A stretch of DNA of 64,000 nucleotides. Origin: an uncultured Acidobacteriaceae bacterium. GTDB lineage: Bacteria > Acidobacteriota > Terriglobia > Terriglobales > Acidobacteriaceae. The notes beneath the pieces were generated by a model. That model saw only the letters and a list, made by a program, of their open reading frames with translations, was not told where the DNA came from and did not search any database. The stretch covers positions 7,775-71,774 of the forward strand of contig CAWAEU010000066.1 in the NCBI GenBank assembly GCA_963780975.1. The letters are read 5' to 3'. The position numbers were made by a program, and so were the translations under genes. Shown here piece by piece: positions 47,225 to 58,327 of the stretch (position 1 is its first letter; each line of letters starts with the position of its first letter).

Positions 47225-48229
47225 TCAATAAATGCGGAAGTTAACTTCGACTGTGATCATTACGGGCACCGGAGTCTTGCCGTTCATCGCCGGCCTGAAC
47301 TTGTACTTCATCACCGCTTCAATAGCCTTCTCGTCCAACCCCTCACCCAGCGGACGCACTACCCGCGGATTCATCGGATCGCCGTGTGCATCAACAATCA
47401 ATGAGACCAGGCAGACGCCCTGATATTTGTTTCGCCGCGCCTCGTCGGAGAACTCCGCTTCCACTGTATTCAGAGCCACTGGCGCTGAAACTCCGCCGCC
47501 CACATGATAAAGTCCGCCGCCGGCATTTCCGCCAGAGCCTGGCCCATATCCATTTCCGTTGCCCGAACCTAGCCCACCGCCTGAACCCGTTCCCATGCCG
47601 CCGCCCGAACCCTGTCCATTTGAGGCCAGGTTGACGTTGGGAGATTTCGTGATTCCGATCAGCGGCAGCGCTGGATTGTTGGGCAGGGTAAGGTTCGGCT
47701 GCACATTAATCGCCGGTTCCATGGCCAGCTTGGGCTGCTCCACCACCGGCACCTGGGGTGCTACGACCGGGTTCTTCTGGATCTTGGGTAGGTGGCCTTT
47801 GTCGGCATCGATGATGCTGCGGTCGCCGCCACCGCCACCGCCGCCAGCCAGAGTGTCAGCGTGGGGCGCCTTGAATGTTCCCACATCAATGTCGGTCGCG
47901 TGCAGCTGCTGCTGTTGCACCTCAATGATCTTCCTGACGCCGAGGAAAATCACCAGTGCCAGAATCGACACGTTCACCACGGTGGCAATGCCGATGGCCC
48001 AGGGATTGGCCTTCACCTTCAGCCGGTCGGGAACCGGAATCGGCTTCGAGGTCAACTGCAACGGGGGCAGATGGGGAGGAAAGAAGATGTCGCGGATGCT
48101 TTCGTAAAGGTTGGCCCAAATGGGCTTTTCCTTCACGGCCATGCCAAAGGAGACGTCAAGCTTGTAGACGCCCGGGGCATCCACAACTTGGGATTCGGTC
48201 TCAGGATATGTCAGTAGATCATTTGCCAT
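47225..48229 (-). CDS. TonB-family energy transducer
   Basis: Single TM, Gly-rich linker, AEFSDEARRNKYQG...GLDEKAIEAVMKYKFRPA. Confidence 0.9.
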   Translation of the reverse strand: MANDLLTYPETESQVVDAPGVYKLDVSFGMAVKEKPIWANLYESIRDIFFPPHLPPLQLTSKPIPVPDRLKVKANPWAIGIATVVNVSILALVIFLGVRKIIEVQQQQLHATDIDVGTFKAPHADTLAGGGGGGGDRSIIDADKGHLPKIQKNPVVAPQVPVVEQPKLAMEPAINVQPNLTLPNNPALPLIGITKSPNVNLASNGQGSGGGMGTGSGGGLGSGNGNGYGPGSGGNAGGGLYHVGGGVSAPVALNTVEAEFSDEARRNKYQGVCLVSLIVDAHGDPMNPRVVRPLGEGLDEKAIEAVMKYKFRPAMNGKTPVPVMITVEVNFRIY

Positions 48230-48511
48230 GGTTATTGCTGGCTCTGTTTCCCTTGGCTGCCCGGATTCGCGCACAGATCGGAGATTTTCTTCATCCCGGC
48301 ACACTCTTTCATTATCAGCGACTGCACCCGCTCTTGTCTCTGTTCCCTTTTGATCACTCTCGAGGGATCGATTATCCCGGTATTCATATTCTAGCTCGAA
48401 TACAGTTCCCATAAACAATAGACGGATAAGGCTCGTAGTAGTTACCGAAAAGATCATCCCGCTCCATTTACAATAAGAGTGAACAACTTCGTACCATCCC
48501 AGGAAGTGACG

Positions 48512-51500
48512 ATGTCCTCAGCGCCGGAGTTGAAGGCGACCCTAACCTTGCCGCATACCGCCTTCCCCATGAAGGCCAATCTACCTCAAAATGAGCCACT
48601 TCGGCTGGCTCGCTGGGCCTCGCTGCGCCTTTATGAAGAGTTGCGCAAGGCCGGCACTGGCCGCCCCGCCTATATCCTTCACGACGGCCCTCCCTACGCC
48701 AATGGACCCATCCACCTGGGCCACGCGCTCAATAAGGGGTTAAAGGATTTTGTCGTTAAATCAAAAACCATGGCAGGATTTGATGCTCCCTTCGTTCCCG
48801 GCTACGACTGTCACGGCCTCCCCATTGAGATCAAAGTGGACGAGCAGTTGGGGCGCAAAAAGCTGGAGATGCCCGTTCCTGATGTTTTGGCGGCCTGCCG
48901 TGCCTATGCGCAAAAGTACATCGACCTGCAAACCTCGCAGTTTGAGCGCATCGGCTGTTTTGGCCGCTGGGATAAGCCCTACAAGACCATGGCCCGCGAC
49001 TACGAGGCGCGCACCCTCGAAGCCTTCTATGGCTTTCTTGAGAAGGGGTTTGTTTACCGCGGATTGAAGCCGGTTTACTGGTGCATCCACGATCGCACGG
49101 CGCTGGCTGAGGCTGAGGTGGAGTACGCCATGCACACCAGCCCCTCGGTCTACGTGCGTTACCGGCTCACCTCCGATCCGGCGGCAATTGATCCAGCGCT
49201 CAAGGGCCGCCAGGTATCCACCATCATCTGGACTACCACTCCCTGGACACTGCCCGCGTCGATGGCCGTCGCCTTCCATCCTGATTTCGACTATGTTGCT
49301 CTGGCTGCCGGAGAAGGCGCGGATGCGCCTGTTTACATCGCTGCCGCTGAGTTGGCGGCTTCAGTTGCTGCTGCCTGCAAGCTGGGGGTAACCACCGAAC
49401 TGGCCCGCTTTAAAGGCAGCCAGCTTGACCGCATCACCTTCCAGCATCCATTTCTTGATCGCAGCGTGCTCGGCGTTCTGGCTACCTATGTCACCGCCGA
49501 CCAGGGCACCGGCGCTGTGCATACTGCGCCCTCGCACGGCGCAGACGATTTTTATACCGGGCAGCGTTACGACCTTGATCTAACCTGCCGCGTGGATGGC
49601 ACAGGCCGCGTACACGTTGACCCGGAAGCGTGGAAGCTTGCCGCGCCGCCGGCCTTTGAAGGCAAAACTGTCTGGGCTGCCAATCCCATCATCGTCGCCA
49701 TGCTTGAAGAATCAGGCGCGCTGCTGGCTTCAGGCGATCTCGAGCACTCCTATCCCCACTGCTGGCGCTGCCACAAGCCGGTTATCTACCGCGCCACCGA
49801 ACAGTGGTTCATCTCGCTTGAAACGTCGATCAAGCGCGAAGATGGCTCCGAGACCACGTATCGCCAGTTGGCCATTGAAGAGATCGACAAGGTCGTCTGG
49901 GATCCGGCCTGGGGCAAGGAGCGCATCACCAACATGATTGCCACGCGCCCCGACTGGTGCATCAGCCGCCAGCGCATCTGGGGTGTGCCCATCGCTGTCT
50001 TCCTATGCGACCAGTGCAATCAGCCGATCATCGATGCCGCACTCAATCGCAAGATCGTCGATCTTTTCGAGCGCGAAGGCATTGAGGCATGGCACACCAC
50101 TCCAATTGAGGCACTGCTGCCAGAAAATACCGTTTGCGAAAATTGCAAAGAAGTCCGCCCGCACGGCCAGGGCTTTCGCAAAGAAACCGATATTCTCGAC
50201 GTCTGGTTCGACTCCGGCACAAGCTGGTTTGCCGTATGCGAATCCGATCCGGAACTTAAAGTCCCTTATGCGGCTTTCCAAAAAGGAAATGGGCCGGAGG
50301 TACTTTACCTCGAAGGCGGAGACCAGCATCGCGGCTGGTTCCACTCATCGCTGCTCACTTCGGTAGCCTTGCGCGGCCGCGCACCTTACTCCAATGTGGC
50401 CACTGCCGGATGGACCCTCGACGAGCAGGGACGCGCCATGAGCAAGTCACTCGGCAACGGCGTTGATCCGGTCGATATTGCCAACCGTTTGGGCGGCGAA
50501 ATCGTTCGCCTCTGGGTCGCGTCCATCGACTTCCGCGAAGATATGGCCGCCAGCGAAAATCTGATGCAGCGCTGCGCCGATATCTATCGCAAGCTGCGCA
50601 ATACATTTCGCTTCCTGCTCGGCAATTTGAACGGCTTCGATCCCGTCCGCGACCGCGTGGCTGAATCTGATTTGCTGCCACTGGACCGTTATATGCTGGC
50701 CCGCACCCGCGACCTGACTGAAAAAGTGCGCGACTGGTATGCGGCTTTTGAGTTCCATCGCGTCTACCACGCGGTAAACGAATTCGCCATCGTCGACCTA
50801 AGCAGCTTCTATCTCGACGTGCTCAAAGACCGCATGTATACCTTTGCGCCCACGAGCCAGGCGCGCAGGTCAGCGCAGACGGTTCTCTGGCAGATTACTG
50901 AAGCGCTGGTTCGCCTGGTCGCGCCCATCCTTTCGTTTACCGCCGACGAAGTCTGGGAGTATCTACCTAAAGTCGAAGGCCGCGAGGCCAGTGTGCACCT
51001 TGCGCAATTTCCCAAGTCGGAGGAAATCTTCTTTGGCAATACTGCAAACGAGCTCATCACTTGGAGGGATATCGTTCTCCGTGTGAGAGATAAGGCTCTC
51101 TTAGAAATCGAAAATCTTCGGAAAGACAAGAAGGTTGGAAAATCTCTTGAATGTAACTTGAATTGGTACATTCCAGACCATAGCAAAGGCGTTTATGAAC
51201 AATATGTGCCAGCAATCGCTGAAGCAACGATTGTTTCAAACGTCCAGATAATCTACTGTTCTCAAAATGAAATTGAGAATCGATTGTTAACGAAACAGAT
51301 TATCGATACTGAAAAGGCTGGAACAGCACCCAAATTGGCTTCGCAAATTGAAGAACAGTTTGCTAATTCAAGTGATGCATCGCTAGACATTTGGAATATT
51401 GAAGCCGTGATTGCGACAGGAACAAAATGCAATCGCTGTTGGCGAAATGTACCTGAAGTCTCAAACTACGGCATCTGGGAAAACGTCTGCACCCGCTGCC

Positions 51501-51559
51501 AGTCGGCCCTTAAAGAAATGGGCATCGCGCCGCCGCAGTCCACGGAGGCCACATCGTGA
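48512..51559 (+). CDS. ileS: Isoleucyl-tRNA synthetase
   Basis: LHDGPPYANG..HLGH, WTTTPWTLP, DWCISRQR, MSKSLGN, C-terminal CxxC zinc finger. Confidence 0.98.
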   Translation: MSSAPELKATLTLPHTAFPMKANLPQNEPLRLARWASLRLYEELRKAGTGRPAYILHDGPPYANGPIHLGHALNKGLKDFVVKSKTMAGFDAPFVPGYDCHGLPIEIKVDEQLGRKKLEMPVPDVLAACRAYAQKYIDLQTSQFERIGCFGRWDKPYKTMARDYEARTLEAFYGFLEKGFVYRGLKPVYWCIHDRTALAEAEVEYAMHTSPSVYVRYRLTSDPAAIDPALKGRQVSTIIWTTTPWTLPASMAVAFHPDFDYVALAAGEGADAPVYIAAAELAASVAAACKLGVTTELARFKGSQLDRITFQHPFLDRSVLGVLATYVTADQGTGAVHTAPSHGADDFYTGQRYDLDLTCRVDGTGRVHVDPEAWKLAAPPAFEGKTVWAANPIIVAMLEESGALLASGDLEHSYPHCWRCHKPVIYRATEQWFISLETSIKREDGSETTYRQLAIEEIDKVVWDPAWGKERITNMIATRPDWCISRQRIWGVPIAVFLCDQCNQPIIDAALNRKIVDLFEREGIEAWHTTPIEALLPENTVCENCKEVRPHGQGFRKETDILDVWFDSGTSWFAVCESDPELKVPYAAFQKGNGPEVLYLEGGDQHRGWFHSSLLTSVALRGRAPYSNVATAGWTLDEQGRAMSKSLGNGVDPVDIANRLGGEIVRLWVASIDFREDMAASENLMQRCADIYRKLRNTFRFLLGNLNGFDPVRDRVAESDLLPLDRYMLARTRDLTEKVRDWYAAFEFHRVYHAVNEFAIVDLSSFYLDVLKDRMYTFAPTSQARRSAQTVLWQITEALVRLVAPILSFTADEVWEYLPKVEGREASVHLAQFPKSEEIFFGNTANELITWRDIVLRVRDKALLEIENLRKDKKVGKSLECNLNWYIPDHSKGVYEQYVPAIAEATIVSNVQIIYCSQNEIENRLLTKQIIDTEKAGTAPKLASQIEEQFANSSDASLDIWNIEAVIATGTKCNRCWRNVPEVSNYGIWENVCTRCQSALKEMGIAPPQSTEATS

Positions 51560-52074
51560 GCTTTCGCATGCCGCGCCGTCTGCCCTGGCTGTTGCTCATC
51601 TCCGCGCTCATCGTTCTTGCCGATCGCCTTACCAAATCCTGGGTCGGGAAGCACATTGTTGTGGGCGGCAACATACCCGTTATCCCACGCGTCCTGCGCA
51701 TCACACACTGGACCAACGATGGAGCAGCCTTCTCGCTCTTTGCTGAGACGGCTTCGCCCCACCTTGTTCATTGGGCCCTGGTCAGCTTCACCCTGGTCAC
51801 GGCGCTGGTCGTTCTGGTCATGCTGGTCCGTCTCGGCAACTGCTTTACGCTGATCACCGTCGCCCTTGCATTGATTCTTGGCGGCGCCGTGGGCAACGTG
51901 CATGATCGCATTCTCTACGGCTCGGTGGTCGACTTTATTGAAGTGCACATCTTCAGCTACCACTGGCCCGACTTCAACGTAGCCGACTCCTCCATCGTTA
52001 CCGGAGCCTGCCTGTTGCTGCTCGATTCCCTGCTGCCAAATAGATCAGAGGGCTCAAAAAAGCTGACCTCCTGA
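51556..52074 (+). CDS. lspA: Lipoprotein signal peptidase
   Basis: NDGAAFS, GAVGNVHDR, VVDFI, FNVADS; ileS-lspA synteny. Confidence 0.96.
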   Translation: MSFRMPRRLPWLLLISALIVLADRLTKSWVGKHIVVGGNIPVIPRVLRITHWTNDGAAFSLFAETASPHLVHWALVSFTLVTALVVLVMLVRLGNCFTLITVALALILGGAVGNVHDRILYGSVVDFIEVHIFSYHWPDFNVADSSIVTGACLLLLDSLLPNRSEGSKKLTS

Positions 52075-52263
52075 GTGGCGAATCCAAGGCAATGGAACCA
52101 TTTCCCTCACCCCCGCGTACCTAATCCAGCCAGTCCGTTGGCCTACAATATCAAAGTTAGATCGCCCAACCGGTGTGCCGATCACTCATGCGGCAATCTC
52201 ATTCCTCGGCTGGGAATTACTGTTTGTACCCTTGATCCACCCATTCAACTCCACGAGGATTGC

Positions 52264-54897
52264 ATGAAGATTCGCTGTTCCGCTCCATCGTTTCGCGTAG
52301 TTCTGGCCGCGTCGGCCGCTTTGGTTTGCCTTTTGCCTGGAGTTGCACGCACCGCCAGCGCCCAGCGCCTTCCCCAGACCGTGCGCCCCGAGCACTACAC
52401 GCTCACTCTCAAGCCCGACTTGAAGGCCGCAACCTTCACTGGGGACGAATACATCGATGTGATCCTTGCCGAGCCCACCAATCACATTACCCTTAATGCC
52501 GCTGAGATCTCGTTCCAATACGTCACTGGATACACCGCGAATTTCGCCCGAGTGCCCCCGGCCAAAGTCGCCATTGACAAGGAGAAACAGCAGGCCACCT
52601 TCACTTTTCCTTACACGTTGCCTGTCGGCAAAGCTATTTTGCACATACAATATTCCGGCATCCTGAACAATGAACTGCGCGGCTTTTATCTCTCTAAAAC
52701 CGCCAAGCGAAACTACGCCGTTACGCAGTTTGAATCTACTGACGCGCGCCGCGCCTTTCCTTGCTTTGACGAGCCGGCATTCAAGGCAACCTATGACGTT
52801 TCGCTCATCGTTGACAGCGCTGACACCGCCATCTCCAATACTTCCATCAAGTCTGACACCCCCGGCCCCTACGACGGCAAGCACACCCTCAAGTTCTTCA
52901 CCACGCCAAAAATGTCCACTTATCTTGTCGCCTTTCTGGTCGGCGACTTCCAATGCACAGCAGGCGAATCAGACGGCGTGGCCATTCGCGTCTGCTCCAC
53001 TCCAGATAAAGTCGCCCTCACCAGCTATGGACTTGATGTAGCCAAATACATGCTCCACTACTACAACAACTACTTCGGCATCCATTACCCGCTCCCGAAG
53101 CTCGACCTCATCGGCCTGCCTGATCTTGAGGCCGGCGCAATGGAAAACTTTGGCGCCATCACTTATCGCGAGTCCGCACTGCTCATCGACCCGAAATCGG
53201 CATCGGTGCGCGCCCAAAAAGTTGTTGCTATCGATATCGCACACGAGATGGCCCACCAGTGGTTCGGAGACCTGGTAACCATGCAGTGGTGGGACAATAT
53301 CTGGCTCAACGAGGGGTTTGCCACCTGGATGGAAACCAAGGCGGTTGCCCACATGTATCCGGAGTGGGATATGGACCAGTCCGAGGCCTCGGGCGTTGAT
53401 GAATCGCTCAATCTTGACGCGCAGCCCACCACCCGCGCCATTCGCGCCACAGCCGAGACCCCTGACGAGATCAACGAAATGTTCGACGGCATCGCCTACG
53501 GCAAGGCCGGCGACGTACTTGGGAGCATCGAGAACTACCTGGGCGAGGAGACCTTCCGCCAGGGCGTGCATAATTATCTTTCCGCCCACCTCTATGCAAA
53601 CGCCACCGCTGAAGATTTCTGGAACGCACAAACCGCAACCAGCCACAAGCCAGTGGACAAGATTATGCAGAGCCTGGTGGTGCAGCCCGGCGCTCCTATC
53701 CTCACCTTCGGCGAGCCGGTCAAGGGCAAGGTTGCCGTATCGCAAAAGCGCTTCTACCTGAGCCCCAGCATCAAGCCCGATCCCAAACAGAAATGGACCG
53801 TCCCCGTCTGCATGAAAACTGATGCTGGCTCTCAGGACTGCCAGGTTCTCAGCCCCACAACTACAACCTTGCACGCGCCCGCCGGCAGCTTCTTTTTTGC
53901 CAATGCAGGCGGCAAGGGCTACTATCGCAGCGCCTACAAACCCAGTAATTATGCGGCTCTTGTGGCAGGCGTTGAAACAAAACTCACTCCACCCGAGCGC
54001 ATCAGCCTTATCGGCGACGAGTGGGCCCAGTTCCGCGCCAGCAAGGCCACGGTGAGCGACTATCTTAGCCTCACAGCCGCCGTCAAAGCCGATCCCAATG
54101 CCGAGGTTGTGAGCTCCGCCATCGGCGGCGTCGAATCGATCTACGAACACGTCGCGGCATCGCCTGAAGAGAAAGCCGCGCTTTCAGCCTGGGTTCGTTC
54201 AACTTTTGCGGCGCAGTATGCCACTCTCGGCGCACCCTCTGCGAGCGATTCAACCAACACCCGCGAATTACGCTCCGAACTGATGAGTGTCCTTGGTTAC
54301 TACGGCAAAGATCCCGCGGTCCTGACCCAGGCTCGCCAGATTACGCAACAGTATCTTGCCGATCCGGCTTCGGTAGACTCCACGCTGGCGCAAACTGCAA
54401 TCGCCATAGCCGCCAGCAAAGGTGACGCCGCGCTCTTTGATCAGTTGCAAAAGATCGCAGAGACTTCAACCAATCCCGAGTTACAGGAAGGCGCTCTTCG
54501 CCTGCTCGCACAGTTTGAGGACCCCGCGCTCGCTCAACGCTCGCTCGAATACGCCGCTTCCGGCAAGGTTCGCAACCAGGACGCGGTCTTCCAGTTCGCC
54601 ATTGCCCTCCAGATTAGCGAAACCCGCGAGCAGGCATGGAAATATATCAAGGCAAATTGGGACAAGGTGCAGGCGCAATTTACAACTTCACTGGGCGCCG
54701 ATTTGGTTCGATCCACAGGCAGCTTCTGCTCCGCTGATGACCGCGAGGATGTGGAGAATTTCTTTGCTACCCACAAAGTCGCCGCTGCTGATACAGCTGT
54801 CAAACATGCCATCGAACACATCAACGGCTGCATCGAACTCCGCGCTCTGCAGGAACCGAGTCTAAGGAAGTGGGCTGCTGCGCAAACCAAACCGTAG
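52264..54897 (+). CDS. M1-family aminopeptidase with signal peptide
   Basis: TQFE..DARRAFPCFDEP, GAMENFG, HEMAHQWFG, WLNEGFA, ERAP1-like C-terminal domain. Confidence 0.95.
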   Translation: MKIRCSAPSFRVVLAASAALVCLLPGVARTASAQRLPQTVRPEHYTLTLKPDLKAATFTGDEYIDVILAEPTNHITLNAAEISFQYVTGYTANFARVPPAKVAIDKEKQQATFTFPYTLPVGKAILHIQYSGILNNELRGFYLSKTAKRNYAVTQFESTDARRAFPCFDEPAFKATYDVSLIVDSADTAISNTSIKSDTPGPYDGKHTLKFFTTPKMSTYLVAFLVGDFQCTAGESDGVAIRVCSTPDKVALTSYGLDVAKYMLHYYNNYFGIHYPLPKLDLIGLPDLEAGAMENFGAITYRESALLIDPKSASVRAQKVVAIDIAHEMAHQWFGDLVTMQWWDNIWLNEGFATWMETKAVAHMYPEWDMDQSEASGVDESLNLDAQPTTRAIRATAETPDEINEMFDGIAYGKAGDVLGSIENYLGEETFRQGVHNYLSAHLYANATAEDFWNAQTATSHKPVDKIMQSLVVQPGAPILTFGEPVKGKVAVSQKRFYLSPSIKPDPKQKWTVPVCMKTDAGSQDCQVLSPTTTTLHAPAGSFFFANAGGKGYYRSAYKPSNYAALVAGVETKLTPPERISLIGDEWAQFRASKATVSDYLSLTAAVKADPNAEVVSSAIGGVESIYEHVAASPEEKAALSAWVRSTFAAQYATLGAPSASDSTNTRELRSELMSVLGYYGKDPAVLTQARQITQQYLADPASVDSTLAQTAIAIAASKGDAALFDQLQKIAETSTNPELQEGALRLLAQFEDPALAQRSLEYAASGKVRNQDAVFQFAIALQISETREQAWKYIKANWDKVQAQFTTSLGADLVRSTGSFCSADDREDVENFFATHKVAAADTAVKHAIEHINGCIELRALQEPSLRKWAAAQTKP

Positions 54898-54926
54898 TTC
54901 ATTCGTAGCCCCGTAACAGCGCCGTA

Positions 54927-54966
54927 CCCACCCATACGCCTTTTATTAGCGCATGGGTGGGAACCT
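54927..54966. repeat. Palindromic REP/terminator-like element
   Basis: CCCACCCAT.CGC...GCG.ATGGGTGGG. Confidence 0.5.
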
Positions 54967-55011
54967 ACAATTCCACAACCAGCACCCGCCCGATTCGCTA
55001 CCATAAGATCG

Positions 55012-55717
55012 ATGCCGCAATTTCCTCCAGGCCAAACCCTGCTCATCGACGCCGACGATACGCTATGGGAAAACAACGTCTACTTTGAGCGGGCCATTGC
55101 CGCCTTCATCAGTTATCTAAACCACCACGCCTATTCACCAGCCGAAGTGCGCAAGACCCTGAACGAAGTGGAGCGAGAAACCATTCTCACTCACGGCTAT
55201 GGCCTCTCGAGCTTTACCCGTTCGCTGGTCACCTGTTTTGAGCGCCTCAGTCCCGACCCAGTCACTGAAGAAAAGGTGCAACGAATCTTGAGCTTTGCCC
55301 GCTCCATTGAGGAGCAGGAGATTGAGCTGCTCCCCGGCGTTGCTGAGACTCTGGTCGAGCTAGCCCGGCGCCACCGGCTCATCTTGATGACCAAAGGCAA
55401 CCAGGCCGAACAGGCTCGACAAGCTGGCTCGCTCCGGGCTCTCCGGCCACTTTTCCGCAGTCGAGATCGTGGAGGAAAAAGATCCACCCACCTATCGCGC
55501 GGTTATTGCCCGCCACGAGCTCGCGCCGCACACGAGTTGGATGATCGGCAACAGCCCCAGGAGCGATATCAATCCCGCACTAGCCGCCGGTTTGCATGCC
55601 GTATTCCTCTTCCATAAAGACACATGGATTCTGGAGCACGCCGCCGTCGATGCCGCGCCCCCAGGCCAGCAGCTCATCGAACTCGATTCCTTCGCCAAAC
55701 TCTGTGCTATCTTCTAG
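55012..55717 (+). CDS. HAD-family hydrolase (frameshift ~55415)
   Basis: LIDADDTLWEN, MTKG, MIGNSPRSDINPA. Confidence 0.88.
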
Positions 55718-55734
55718 TTTTAAGGGGCTTCGCG

Positions 55735-56286
55735 ATGGACCAGCCACAAACACAACCCGAGGCTTCACCCCAGGTTGTTTATCCGGCGCCGCCAGACGTG
55801 CACTGGGCCATGCTGCTTGCCGCCTGGGTAGTATTTGCAATTCTCTTCATCATCTGCACGCCCAAAGATGATTGGCAATTCTTCTCCAATCTCACGGTCG
55901 ATGTTTGGGCTCTCTTTATTTGCCTCTGGATTCACAAACTGGATAAAACTTCCATGAGCATCTATTGGTGCGGCGCATTTGTCGCGGTGCAACTCGCAAG
56001 CTCTATGCCCTCAGGACAGCAAACCCCATCGCTGGGGGGTGATGTCGTTTCAACCGCGGCGGAACTTCTTTGCCTTGTTCTTTGGATCGTGACCATTTAC
56101 GTGGTTCGTGCTGAACTGCTCAAGCACTACAACGAGCAGGAACCCGTCGGCCTTCGATTGAACGGAATCATGACTTTCTTCTTCTCTTTCCTCTACTTTC
56201 AATCCCGCCTCTACCAGATAACCCAGTTCAAAAAGAAGCAGGATAAGATCAAAATGATCAACCCCAATGGCGCTCCTCTCCATTGA
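55735..56286 (+). CDS. Hypothetical membrane protein
   Basis: PPDVHW...HYN..EPVGLRLNGIMTFFFS.LYFQ; several TM segments. Confidence 0.7.
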   Translation: MDQPQTQPEASPQVVYPAPPDVHWAMLLAAWVVFAILFIICTPKDDWQFFSNLTVDVWALFICLWIHKLDKTSMSIYWCGAFVAVQLASSMPSGQQTPSLGGDVVSTAAELLCLVLWIVTIYVVRAELLKHYNEQEPVGLRLNGIMTFFFSFLYFQSRLYQITQFKKKQDKIKMINPNGAPLH

Positions 56287-56353
56287 CGCACTAATAGCCT
56301 GCGCGGCTCGATGGTTTTCTCGTAAATTATCGAGCGCATCCACCAGGAGCACC

Positions 56354-56977
56354 ATGTACTCGCCCAAATTCAACCAGGTTACAGACCGCGTCCTCTTAAT
56401 TGAGGCCATGCAGGCCAATTCCTTCGCCATTCTCTTCGGCCCTCAGTCAGACTCACAGAGTCCAGCGCCTCTCGCTGCCACCCACCTTCCGCTGGTGGTC
56501 AAAGACGAAGGCGAGCATGGAATCCTTGAGGGCCACTTTGCCCGCGCCAATCGCCACTGGCAATCCCTCGCCGGGCGCGAAACTATGGTCGTCTTCCCCG
56601 GACCGCACAGCTACGTTTCACCTTCACTTTACGTTGAAGAGCTTTCGGTTCCCACATGGAATTACATCGCCGTCCACGCCTATGGAACCCTATCGCTCAT
56701 TGAAGACGACCCCGGCAAAGAGGCTCTGCTCAGGGGCCTGATTCAGATCCACGATCCGGCCTGGTATGAAAAATGGCTGGCCATGCCCGACGGTTTTCGC
56801 CGTACTATGCTGGCCGGCATCGTAGGCTTTCGCATCCCCATCGCCCGCATCGAAGGCAAATTCAAAATCAGCCAGAACCGCGCCCCGGAAGAACGCCGCA
56901 ACGTAAAAGCCGCGCAGGCCGCTGGAACCACTGACGAGCAGTCCCTGGCCGCGTGGATGGAACGGCTGGGAATATAA
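56354..56977 (+). CDS. FMN-binding PaiB-family protein
   Basis: MYSP..F, ATHLP, GHFARAN, GPHSYVSPS.Y, VPTWNYIAVH, KFKISQNR. Confidence 0.9.
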   Translation: MYSPKFNQVTDRVLLIEAMQANSFAILFGPQSDSQSPAPLAATHLPLVVKDEGEHGILEGHFARANRHWQSLAGRETMVVFPGPHSYVSPSLYVEELSVPTWNYIAVHAYGTLSLIEDDPGKEALLRGLIQIHDPAWYEKWLAMPDGFRRTMLAGIVGFRIPIARIEGKFKISQNRAPEERRNVKAAQAAGTTDEQSLAAWMERLGI

Positions 56978-57040
56978 GTATTCTGTTCATGACGGCTGGC
57001 GGCCTTCTTGGTTAAACTTGCATAAACGAAAGGTACGTAA

Positions 57041-58297
57041 ATGAGTTCTTCCTCAGTAGACATAAGCAGCCGTGCCGACCACATCATCCGAGCCGTCTTT
57101 GAGCATGCCGCACGCATCAGCCGCGAAAGCCAAATTGAAGAACTGGTGCGGTTAAACGCAGATTTTGCCCGCGACTTGATTGGAGCGGATCGCTGCAGCC
57201 TGTGGCTGATTGACGAAGCGAAGGACGAGCTCTGGACCAAGGTGGCACACGGAGTGGCCCCGTTGCACATTCCCATGGGGCAGGGTCTGATTGGCGCATG
57301 CGTTCGTGATAACCAGGTTCTGCTGGTAAACAACGCCGGCGAAGAAAAGCGCCTGCTGCGGCGGGTTGACCATGACAGCGGTTATCGCACCGAACAGGTG
57401 CTCTGTGTGCCGCTGCTGGCCGAGGGCCGGGTGATCGGGGCCTTGCAGTTGCTCAACAAGCCCGCGGGATTTACTGAAACCGATGCGGGCCTGCTCGGAC
57501 TGCTGGGCCACTTTGCGGCCAGCGCCATCGACAGCGAGCGTCTTCGCCAGGAGAACGAGGGCGCCCGGCTGGTGAAGCATGAAGTAGACCTGGCGCATGA
57601 AGTTCAGATGCGCTTGCTGCCGGACCGTCCCGTCTCCATCGATGGCCTTGACTGCATCGGCTTCTGCCGCCCGGCACGTTCCGTCGGCGGAGACTATTAC
57701 GACCTGCTTCCGCTCAAGGACGGGCAGTTTGCCGTGACACTGGGCGATGTCTCCGGCAAGGGAATTCCCGCTGCGGTTATGATGGCCAGCATCCAGACCT
57801 TGCTGCGCACGCTGCTGCAACAGGATGCACTCCACCTGGCATCGGTGCTGACCGCCCTCAATCAGACGATGTATGAAACCTCAACCCCGGAGCGCTACTC
57901 AACTCTCTTCTGCGGAGTCATCTCCAGGGATCGCTCAACCCTTACTTACGTAAACGCCGGCCACACACTTCCGATTTTGCTGCGTAGCGACGGCAGCGTG
58001 GAACGGCTTGCCGGAGGCGGACCTCCCTTGGCGCTGTTGCCGGGGATAAGCTATGTGCAAATCAACGCTCGTCTCAAGCCGGGAGATACGCTGGTGGTCT
58101 TCTCTGATGGCATGGTTGAGGCATGCAACAAAGCCGGCGACCTCTGTGATCAGGATGAAATCGAGCGAGCTGTATTCTCAAACCCCAATGCCCCGCTGGG
58201 AAAGATTCCGGATTTGCTCTGCAACGCAGTCGACAATTTTGCCGACGGCGCCGAGCAGTATGACGATATGACCGTTGCCGCGGTACGTATTCTGTGA
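57041..58297 (+). CDS. GAF + PP2C/SpoIIE serine phosphatase
   Basis: ADRCSL...QLLNK GAF domain; VGGDYYD, GDVSGKG, NAGH, SDG, DDMT. Confidence 0.93.
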   Translation: MSSSSVDISSRADHIIRAVFEHAARISRESQIEELVRLNADFARDLIGADRCSLWLIDEAKDELWTKVAHGVAPLHIPMGQGLIGACVRDNQVLLVNNAGEEKRLLRRVDHDSGYRTEQVLCVPLLAEGRVIGALQLLNKPAGFTETDAGLLGLLGHFAASAIDSERLRQENEGARLVKHEVDLAHEVQMRLLPDRPVSIDGLDCIGFCRPARSVGGDYYDLLPLKDGQFAVTLGDVSGKGIPAAVMMASIQTLLRTLLQQDALHLASVLTALNQTMYETSTPERYSTLFCGVISRDRSTLTYVNAGHTLPILLRSDGSVERLAGGGPPLALLPGISYVQINARLKPGDTLVVFSDGMVEACNKAGDLCDQDEIERAVFSNPNAPLGKIPDLLCNAVDNFADGAEQYDDMTVAAVRIL

Positions 58298-58327
58298 AGC
58301 GGTGCGGCGCTTCCGCACACTATGGAA

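Noticed and set aside
51040-51465. Intein or DGR variable region in ileS
   Set aside because: No intein terminal residues or homing endonuclease; no reverse transcriptase or template repeat in the window
52186-54150. Long antisense ORFs (255 and 393 aa) and similar ones elsewhere
   Set aside because: Shadow ORFs opposite well-supported genes in GC-rich DNA, with no recognisable motifs
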